Below are positions 1-6,998 of a DNA stretch of 25,207 nt, piece after piece. The position numbers and the translations under genes are program-made. The notes beneath the pieces are model-generated. The model made no database searches. It was given only the letters and a program-made list of their open reading frames with translations, and was not told the DNA's origin. Numbering within the stretch: the stretch's first letter is position 1; every line of letters begins with the position of its first letter. Origin of the DNA: a virus (lineage: Duplodnaviria; Caudoviricetes); IMG/VR virus record IMGVR_UViG_3300023172_000179, positions 1 through 25,207 of that record; one strand, written 5' to 3'.

Positions 1-423
1 ATGGTAAAACAAAATTTACTACTTCCGAAAAGTATGGTATACCGACAATTTGAACTCTTTTTCCATTGGCATTGAGAATTAAGTTATTCTATCCTACTAG
101 CCAATCTAGTGGAAGTGAGTTAAGCCCCTTCATTCGCAAGTTTATTTTAACAACACTATATATACGCGAATAGTCTAGAGATTATGTATCGTTTCTAACC
201 AAAGGCGTCTGTTTGTACGACAAAGAACGACATAGTAGTAATTAAGTTAAGTAAATAGTTCCACACGAGTTCGATACGAGTGTGTTTGGAAACAATGGAT
301 ATAGTGATAAAAGGAGTATGGGGTAATGCGTTCACGGCGAGTGCTAACCGAAGGGGTGGGTGTGTTAATTATGTAAGTAGTCAATAAATTACTGGCAATT
401 TCCTCTACATAAAAAAAAGAAAC

Positions 424-813
424 CTAGTTACCTATAAGTTGTAATAGAAACTCTATTGCTAGAGTAAGTTACAGGTTACAGTTATTGAACAATCAAATAA
501 GTAACTAAGTTCCTAATGTAGTATTTTAGCATACTTACCAGTAAAAAGTAAGTTAAAAAACTTAATTTTTATAGTGCGATTGGGGGGTGTCTTTTCGTGC
601 AATAGCGGACATATACGCCGAGCGTAAAAAAAAGATTTGAGTTCCTAACTTTCGAGAGTCCTTGGGTACTGACTTTGTGGTAATCCCAGTCCATCTAGGT
701 AGATGCAGTCAGCTTTTTGCCGTCCGATAGCTCTTACCTGTAACTCTGTAGTTATTAAAAACTATTTGTATAATTCACTATAGTGCTATACTGATTTTAA
801 TACAAGTTACAGG
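424..813. repeat. Dispersed AGTTACAGG / AGTT(A/C)C motif family in the non-coding region
   Basis: AAGTTACAGG at 466-475 and 804-813; inverted copy CCTGTAACT at 737-745; tandem GTTACAG x2 at 468-481; AGTTCCTAA at 508-516 and 640-648; TAGTTAC 425-431 versus GTAACTA 501-507. Confidence 0.5.
766..792 (+). promoter_or_regulatory. Putative extended -10 promoter upstream of the SET gene
   Basis: TGcTATACT at 784-792, TTGTAT at 766-771, a second TATAAT at 769-774, overlapping perfect palindrome CACTATAGTG at 776-785, SD AGGAGG at 811-816. Confidence 0.5.
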
Positions 814-820
814 AGGATAA

Positions 821-1144
821 ATGATTTACAAACCATTACCTACAGGATTTATTATTAAGGATAGTCCTATACACGGCAAGGGTATATTTACAGAAAAAAA
901 GATAACAGATACAGAAACATCATTAGGCATAACGCACGTATTCGTACAGGATGACAAGTTTCTTTATAGAACACCACTAGGTGGTTTTATTAACCATAGT
1001 GATAATCCTAATTGTGAATTACACAAGATAGGTGATGACCCACAGTTAAGAACAAATCATTTGTTTGCTAAAAGAACCATTAAACCTGGTGAGGAGATAA
1101 CAGTTAAATATACTATGTATAGAGTGGAGGACACAGATGTTTAA
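821..1144 (+). CDS. Minimal SET-domain protein-lysine methyltransferase
   Basis: SET motifs SPIHGKGIFT, GFINHSDNPNC and IKPGEEITVKY; strong SD AGGAGG; no post-SET Cys cluster. Confidence 0.9.
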   Translation: MIYKPLPTGFIIKDSPIHGKGIFTEKKITDTETSLGITHVFVQDDKFLYRTPLGGFINHSDNPNCELHKIGDDPQLRTNHLFAKRTIKPGEEITVKYTMYRVEDTDV

Positions 1145-1658
1145 TTTTGATGAGCAATATTCTATTGGGCAAAAAGGTGAAGAGTTAGTTAAGAAATATT
1201 ACGAATCACAGAAGGATGATGGTAAAACAAAATTTATTGTAAGGGATGCCCGTAGAGAAGAGCAATTAAAAGGTGCTGATTTCTTTATTATTAATAATGA
1301 ACTTGGCACGAGGTATGTTGAGGTAAAGACAGATACGCAGGCACAGGATACAAACAATGTAGCACTTGAAATACAAGTAGTGTATGGGGATACAAAACGC
1401 ATTGGGTGTGCATTGAAAACATTTCCTGACTTTCTGTTTTACTGGATTTACCCAACAAACCGTATCCTTTACTGGAATCCAGAGAGTTTAATTCCATACA
1501 TTATGGACTGGGTTATCGAAGATAACTACAGGATTGTAGATGCTCAAAATGAAAAATTTTTTTCACGCTCTTTGATAGTACCTATAAGCGACTTACTTGC
1601 GACTGGGGTTGTCAAAGAACTGAACGTAAGTTATCACTTATTGGAGTCTGTAGCTTAA
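1137..1658 (+). CDS. PD-(D/E)XK restriction-endonuclease-fold nuclease
   Basis: GQKGEELV helix followed by GADFF...YVEVKTD catalytic pattern; SD GGAGG; overlaps the end of the SET gene. Confidence 0.7.
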   Translation: MFNFDEQYSIGQKGEELVKKYYESQKDDGKTKFIVRDARREEQLKGADFFIINNELGTRYVEVKTDTQAQDTNNVALEIQVVYGDTKRIGCALKTFPDFLFYWIYPTNRILYWNPESLIPYIMDWVIEDNYRIVDAQNEKFFSRSLIVPISDLLATGVVKELNVSYHLLESVA

Positions 1659-1704
1659 GGAGGAAAGCTAGGTAAAGGAGGAAAACCTAGCAATCCCCCT
1701 GCTA
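1651..1704 (+). promoter_or_regulatory. Intergenic hairpin containing two AAGGAGGAAA copies
   Basis: GCTAGGT 1667-1673 pairs with ACCTAGC 1685-1691; AGGAGGA 1658-1664 pairs with TCCCCCT 1694-1700 (one mismatch); TAGC/GCTA outer stem. Confidence 0.55.
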
Positions 1705-1708
1705 TTAT
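1700..1708 (+). promoter_or_regulatory. Putative extended -10 promoter giving a leaderless transcript
   Basis: TGcTATTAT ending 6 nt before ATG 1715. Confidence 0.45.
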
Positions 1709-1714
1709 TATAGA

Positions 1715-1885
1715 ATGCGAGAAATAGTTTTATGTCGCAAATGTGGTAAACCACTTAAAATATTTCCTAAGAATAAAAAATGTGTTAATCTTATTTGTAT
1801 AAATTATAACGTTTCTATTCGAAGGAGAAATAATGCCAATAAACAAAAAAGGTATGAAAAAACGATACAGCACGAAGAAGAGTAA
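1715..1885 (+). CDS. 56-aa C4 zinc-ribbon protein (absent from ORF track)
   Basis: Manual translation MREIVLCRKCGKPLKIFPKNKKCVNLICINYNVS...HEEE*; CxxC...CxxxxC pattern. Confidence 0.65.
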   Translation: MREIVLCRKCGKPLKIFPKNKKCVNLICINYNVSIRRRNNANKQKRYEKTIQHEEE

Positions 1886-1907
1886 AAAAGGTTCTAAGAA
1901 GTACTAA
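1833..1907 (+). CDS. 24-aa Lys-rich micropeptide (absent from ORF track)
   Basis: MPINKKGMKKRYSTKKSKKGSKKY*; SD AAGGAG upstream; stop overlaps the next start (TAATG at 1905-1909). Confidence 0.65.
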   Translation: MPINKKGMKKRYSTKKSKKGSKKY

Positions 1908-2122
1908 TGGCTGGCAAAATAAAAAAAGGTGAAAATATTTTTAGCAGACCAAACGTGCTAAAGAAATGGGCTATGGATTTATCTGAAGCCTGTGGCTCTC
2001 AAATTATAAATAAGAAACCAAATGTTTCTAACATAGATGCTTTAGTTGAGAAATTTGTAATTGACTACAATCATAATATGGAAATGTTAAATGGCAAAAA
2101 AACCAGCAAGAAAACCGATTAA
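1907..2122 (+). CDS. Hypothetical phage protein, basic termini
   Basis: Coupled by TAATG to the upstream micropeptide; overlaps the next ORF. Confidence 0.7.
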   Translation: MAGKIKKGENIFSRPNVLKKWAMDLSEACGSQIINKKPNVSNIDALVEKFVIDYNHNMEMLNGKKTSKKTD

Positions 2123-2357
2123 TGCTGCGACTAAAGCTACCCTTCAAAAGAAGGCAGAAAACTCAAAGTACACTTATGGGCAACTTGCTGCTGTCTACAG
2201 ACGAGGGCAAGGTGCTTATTTATCTAGTGGTAGCAAATCTTCTAGTATGGCTGCTTGGGCTATGGGTAGGGTAAATAGCTTTATTAGAGGTGGACATTCT
2301 CAAGATAATGACCTAAAGAAAAAAGGTAAGAAAAAAAGTGTCAAGAAAAAAAAGTAA
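2091..2357 (+). CDS. Small basic protein, resembles the DUF5824-type viral family
   Basis: LxxVYRRGxGAY...WAMGRVNSF core flanked by Lys-rich tails (MAKKPARKP..., KKKGKKKSVKKKK); family name is from memory. Confidence 0.7.
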   Translation: MAKKPARKPINAATKATLQKKAENSKYTYGQLAAVYRRGQGAYLSSGSKSSSMAAWAMGRVNSFIRGGHSQDNDLKKKGKKKSVKKKK

Positions 2358-2529
2358 ACGTAAAGTTCCTTATGAAAAAGGAGTTCCTTCTAAGTATTTA
2401 AAAAATAAAAAAAATCCTAAATCTAAAGTTGCTGCCGAGATTAAGAGGACTGCTAAACTTTATAAAGAAGGTAAATACATAAATTTAAAAGCTGTACAAA
2501 AAAGTAGAGCAGTTAGGAAAAAGAAGTAA
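2338..2529 (+). CDS. Small highly basic protein
   Basis: GTG start; GVPSKYL motif; very Lys/Arg-rich; TAATG coupling to the next ORF. Confidence 0.7.
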   Translation: MSRKKSKRKVPYEKGVPSKYLKNKKNPKSKVAAEIKRTAKLYKEGKYINLKAVQKSRAVRKKK

Positions 2530-2819
2530 TGGCACACGATGCACGTAAAAAGGCTATGTTAAAAAAACACGGACTATCAGGTGTCAATAAACCAAAACGT
2601 ACTCCTAAGCATCCTAGTAAATCTCACGTTGTTTTAGCACAAGAAGGTCATAAAATAAAGTTAATTAGATTTGGTCAGCAAGGTGTTAGAGGTGCAGGTA
2701 AAAATCCTTCATCTGCTAAACAAAAAGCTAGACGTAAAGGTTTTAAAGCAAGACACGCTAAGAACATTAAGAAGGGTAAAATGTCCGCAGCCTATTGGGC
2801 TGATAAAGTAAAATGGTAA
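2529..2819 (+). CDS. Small basic conserved phage protein
   Basis: NKPKRTP...KLIRFGQQG...FKARH...SAAYW pattern that I recognise from marine phage hypothetical proteins; overlaps the terminase start. Confidence 0.75.
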   Translation: MAHDARKKAMLKKHGLSGVNKPKRTPKHPSKSHVVLAQEGHKIKLIRFGQQGVRGAGKNPSSAKQKARRKGFKARHAKNIKKGKMSAAYWADKVKW

Positions 2820-4726
2820 AAAATATAATCTGTATCGCACCTGACTGCGATAAACAGTTACCTGAAGGCAAAACTAAATATTGTAGTGATACTTGCTATA
2901 AACGTATATCTCAAAGAATACATAGAGCTAAACAAAAAGGAGAAACCTATGAAGTACCTGTTAAAGAAATTAATCAACCTAAATCTGCATCTGTCCGTAG
3001 AGGTTCTTTGTATGACAAGTTTAGGAATGATGGTTATGCTTCTGAACTTATAAAAGATTTAATTACTAGAAAAGAAGTTGCTGATGCATTAGGTTGTACA
3101 GCAGGACACGTAGCTAGAATGTTAGCAGCATATAGAGAAGATTTAGAAAAAGATATACAGGCAGAGAATTGGGAAGTATCTGATGATGCTAAACAATCTC
3201 TTGATGATTTTAAAAACTTTAGAGATAGATACTTTTTAACAGAACAAGGTATACCTTTTGAAACAGCAGACTTTCACCACAACTGGATTAAGTCTATTAA
3301 CAAAGCATTACTTAATGGTGGACAACAAATGATACTAAGCCCACCACGACACGGTAAAACAGAATTGTTAATTCACTTTGTTATTTGGCTTATCTGTAGA
3401 AATCCTAACATAAGAATTATGTGGGTAGGTGGTAATGAAGATATTGCTATGAACTCTGTTATGTCTGTTATGGATACATTAGAACAGAACGAAAAACTTA
3501 AAGAAGATTTTTGTGGACCAGGTGGTAGCTTTAAACCAGCAACACGTGCAGGTAAGATGTGGTCAAGAAATGGTTTTACTGTATCTACAAGAACAGTATC
3601 AGGTATTAAATCTCCAACAATGATTGGTATTGGACGTGGTGGCAAGATACTTTCTCGTGACTGTGACTTAATTATTGCAGATGACATTGAGGACCATAGC
3701 TCTACTATGCAACCTGCATCAAGAAACAATACAAAAAATTGGTGGACTACAACATTAGGTTCTCGTAAAGAGGAACATACAGCTATGGTTCTTATAGGTT
3801 CAAGACAGCACCCAGATGATTTGTATTCTGCAATATTAGACAATGAGGCTTGGGATACAATAGTTGAAGAAGCACACGATTCAATGTGTGCATTACCTGA
3901 ACTAGATGAAGAAGAACACGTAGATTGTATGCTATGGGGTAGTAAAAGAACTTTTAAATGGCTAATGAACCGTAAAAGAGATTCTATGACTACTGGTGGT
4001 TTAAAGAATTTTGAAATGGTATATCTTAATAAAGCATTTAGTGAAGCTGCAAGATTGTTTAATCCTGAACAAATATCTAAATGTTACGATATCAATATGC
4101 CTTTAGGTACAATACCTTCTGGTTCTTATTTAGTTGCAGGACTTGACCCTGCTGCTACAGGTTATCAAGCAGGTTTCTTATGGGCAGTAGAAACTAAAGC
4201 TGGTGAAATTAATATGACAATGGTTGATTTAGACAACAACTTAGGTGGTGGTCTAGATGAAGCATTTGAATTAATTAAAAAATGGTGGGATATGTATGGT
4301 TGCTACCATTGGGTAATTGAAGAAAATGGATTTCAAAAAGCAATAAGACAAGATAAAACTATTAAACAGTTTTGTAATGTACAAGGTATAAAGCTAGAAG
4401 GACACGAAACTCATAAAAACAAATGGGATGAGAGATTTGGTGTTACTTCATTAGCACCTATGTTTAATGAACAATTAATTACATTACCTTATATGGATGC
4501 TGAAGCTCAAAGTAAAACAACATTGTACACAAAACAATTAACTTACTTTGCATCTAAAGGTAAAGGTGGCAGAGGATACAAGTCTGATATTGTTATGGCA
4601 AGTTGGTTTCCAATGAAAGTTATTAGAACCTTGACAAAACTAACTCACGCTGATATGGGAATTGACTACACTCCTAGCTTTGAAGGTTATAATAGTGTAG
4701 AATGGAATGAAATACCCTGGAGATAA
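2813..4726 (+). CDS. terL: Terminase large subunit with N-terminal Zn-finger and HTH extension
   Basis: Walker A PPRHGKT, Walker B LIIADD, coupling motif IGSR, RNase H-like nuclease GLDPA / IEENGFQ / SDIVMA; directly precedes the portal. Confidence 0.93.
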   Translation: MVKNIICIAPDCDKQLPEGKTKYCSDTCYKRISQRIHRAKQKGETYEVPVKEINQPKSASVRRGSLYDKFRNDGYASELIKDLITRKEVADALGCTAGHVARMLAAYREDLEKDIQAENWEVSDDAKQSLDDFKNFRDRYFLTEQGIPFETADFHHNWIKSINKALLNGGQQMILSPPRHGKTELLIHFVIWLICRNPNIRIMWVGGNEDIAMNSVMSVMDTLEQNEKLKEDFCGPGGSFKPATRAGKMWSRNGFTVSTRTVSGIKSPTMIGIGRGGKILSRDCDLIIADDIEDHSSTMQPASRNNTKNWWTTTLGSRKEEHTAMVLIGSRQHPDDLYSAILDNEAWDTIVEEAHDSMCALPELDEEEHVDCMLWGSKRTFKWLMNRKRDSMTTGGLKNFEMVYLNKAFSEAARLFNPEQISKCYDINMPLGTIPSGSYLVAGLDPAATGYQAGFLWAVETKAGEINMTMVDLDNNLGGGLDEAFELIKKWWDMYGCYHWVIEENGFQKAIRQDKTIKQFCNVQGIKLEGHETHKNKWDERFGVTSLAPMFNEQLITLPYMDAEAQSKTTLYTKQLTYFASKGKGGRGYKSDIVMASWFPMKVIRTLTKLTHADMGIDYTPSFEGYNSVEWNEIPWR

Positions 4727-6463
4727 ATGAAACCTCAAGACATAATTGAAAGAGCTATTCATCTTAAAAGAATGCACGATGATTCTTTAGTAGATAGAAG
4801 TAGATTCAGAGCAATATTAAATGGTGGCGAAGATGGAATTAGACAATTACTAGGTCCAGGATTAGATAACAATGAAGCATATACAATACCTGCTCCAAAC
4901 TTATTGCTATCTGCATTAGATAGACTTTCTCAAAAAATAGGTAAAGTACCTTCTTTAGATGTACATATTACAAATGCAAGAGATTCTGCAAGAAATAAAA
5001 CTAAGAAAGATAAATTAGAACGAATTATTAGTGCATACGATAAAATGCAAAGACTAGAGTTACAGCTACCACAAGTAGCTAGATGGTTACCAGGTTATGG
5101 TTTTGCTGTTTGGGTTATAACATCTAAGCCAGATGCTAATGGAAATATGTATCCTTGTGCCGAACTAAGAAATCCATATGATTGTTTTCCTGGTTATTAC
5201 GGTAATATGCAAGAACCACAAGAATTAGCAATTATACAAAAAGTACCTGTAAAGAACTTAATAGCAATGTATCCAGAATTAAAGAGCTGGTTTGAAAGTT
5301 CTGATGATGAAAAAGATTCTTTTGATAGTTATAACTTAAATTATACAGATGACGGTAGTTGGGAAAACTCTAACGAGAATGGTGATGTAATTCTTGAGTA
5401 TATGAATATAGAAGGTACATACGTTGTACACGTTGCATCAAAGAAAATTGTAGATTTTGTACCTAATCCTCTTAAATCAGGACCAGCATTTGTTATTGCA
5501 AAAAGATTTAGTTTTGATAGATTGCAAGGACAGTTTGACCAAGTAGTAGGACTTATGGCATCTATGGCAAAGATAAATATTTTATCTGTAATTGCTATGG
5601 AAGACGCTGTCTTTACTGAAACTAACATAGTTGGTGAAATAGAATCAGGACAATATAGAAAAGGCAGAAATGCAATAAACTATTTAACACCAGGTTCTCA
5701 AGTAGTAAAACCTACAACTAACCTACCATATCAGTTGTTTGAAGCTGTAGGTAGATTAGAAAGGCAACTAAGAGTTGTTGCTGGATATCCAGTTCAGGAC
5801 GATGCTATATCACCAAACTCATTTGTAACAGGTAGAGGTCTGGAAGAACTGGAGTCTGGCGTAGGTGCAATGGTAAATGAATACCACACAATATTAGAAT
5901 ATGCTTTACAAGAAGTAGATTCTAAAAGACTTGAGTTAGATGAAGTATTATTTGCTAATAACAGAAAACCTATATCAGGTACATACAAAGGTGCTGCTTT
6001 TTCTGAAAGCTATACACCTTCAACAGATATTGATAAAAACTATGTAACAAGAAGAAAATATGGTGCTATGGCATCATTTGACGCTCCAAATAAAATTGTT
6101 ACTGGTTTACAGTTATTACAAGCAGGTATCATTGATAGAGAAACTATGCAACAAGAAATGGATGGTTTAGAAAACTTAACTCAAATCAATGAAAGAATTA
6201 CAAAACAAAGAACAGAAGAAATTCTATATCAAATGTTATTACAAAATTCCCAACAAGGCGATAAAGCAGCAATGATGGCTGTAGTAGAAATATATAACAG
6301 TCCAAAACAAATGGGCAGTATTTTAGATAAATACTTTACTGCTCAAGGTGAAGAACCTAGTCCTGAAGAGCAAGCGTTAATGCAAGCTGCACAACAGCAA
6401 CAAGCACAAGCTCCTCAAGGTCCACCTAACTTAGCAGCATTACTAGGAGGTGCAGGTGGCTGA
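4727..6463 (+). CDS. Portal protein
   Basis: 578 aa immediately after terL; helical core; Gln/Pro-rich C-terminal tail typical of podoviral portals. Confidence 0.8.
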   Translation: MKPQDIIERAIHLKRMHDDSLVDRSRFRAILNGGEDGIRQLLGPGLDNNEAYTIPAPNLLLSALDRLSQKIGKVPSLDVHITNARDSARNKTKKDKLERIISAYDKMQRLELQLPQVARWLPGYGFAVWVITSKPDANGNMYPCAELRNPYDCFPGYYGNMQEPQELAIIQKVPVKNLIAMYPELKSWFESSDDEKDSFDSYNLNYTDDGSWENSNENGDVILEYMNIEGTYVVHVASKKIVDFVPNPLKSGPAFVIAKRFSFDRLQGQFDQVVGLMASMAKINILSVIAMEDAVFTETNIVGEIESGQYRKGRNAINYLTPGSQVVKPTTNLPYQLFEAVGRLERQLRVVAGYPVQDDAISPNSFVTGRGLEELESGVGAMVNEYHTILEYALQEVDSKRLELDEVLFANNRKPISGTYKGAAFSESYTPSTDIDKNYVTRRKYGAMASFDAPNKIVTGLQLLQAGIIDRETMQQEMDGLENLTQINERITKQRTEEILYQMLLQNSQQGDKAAMMAVVEIYNSPKQMGSILDKYFTAQGEEPSPEEQALMQAAQQQQAQAPQGPPNLAALLGGAGG

Positions 6464-6686
6464 TATTAATCAAGAATTTGCAAAAATAATAGCTTCTAAC
6501 TTTACAGCAGAAGAACAACCTATGTGGGAAGAAGCATCTGAAAAATTAGAAACCAACCAACAGTTTGATGTAAGTAAAGTTATAGACATCTTGACAGTTG
6601 CATATATACCTATGGTAGGAAGAATAGATATATTAATTGTTCCTGATGACTTTGAATATGGAGAAGATTATGGCACGAGGAATTAA
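6456..6686 (+). CDS. Hypothetical acidic protein
   Basis: GTG at 6456 lies 5 nt after AGGAGG (6445-6450), a better start than 6450. Confidence 0.65.
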   Translation: MADINQEFAKIIASNFTAEEQPMWEEASEKLETNQQFDVSKVIDILTVAYIPMVGRIDILIVPDDFEYGEDYGTRN

Positions 6687-6990
6687 AAGAAGATACTTAT
6701 CTGAATCTTATGGTGAAGGTAAAGAGTTAGAAGAACAACAGCGTGCTGCTGAAATGTTTAAACAACCTACGGATACTGTAGAAGTACAGCCTGAACAAGC
6801 ACCAGTTCCACCTAGAGTTGATGCTTTACCTATTGGTAGACCTACTGAAAGACCAATGGAGTCTGTAACATCAAACAATTTAAATAAGTTTGGTCAAGGT
6901 TTACAAATGGATAGAAACTTTATACTAAGACAAATGTATGCAGTATTACCAAGTGAGGATATTTTAGCATTAATGGATGATGGTATTTAG
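6670..6990 (+). CDS. Hypothetical (putative virion) protein
   Basis: ATG 6670 preceded by GGAG; MARGIKRR...YGEG...RPTERP; start revised from 6637. Confidence 0.7.
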   Translation: MARGIKRRYLSESYGEGKELEEQQRAAEMFKQPTDTVEVQPEQAPVPPRVDALPIGRPTERPMESVTSNNLNKFGQGLQMDRNFILRQMYAVLPSEDILALMDDGI

Positions 6991-6998
6991 GAGTAAAT

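Noticed and set aside
1-18. 18-nt identity ATGGTAAAACAAAATTTA at 1-18 and 1219-1236
   Set aside because: Low-complexity AT-rich match that does not extend. Flank before position 1 is not visible, so att site, chance and assembly artefact cannot be distinguished
1-75. 24-codon ORF from position 1 and short minus-strand frames in 1-140
   Set aside because: No visible RBS, no recognisable motif; minus-strand frames lack a convincing start
180-820. tRNA or CRISPR array in the non-coding region
   Set aside because: No cloverleaf with T-loop consensus; repeats are only 7-10 nt and irregularly spaced
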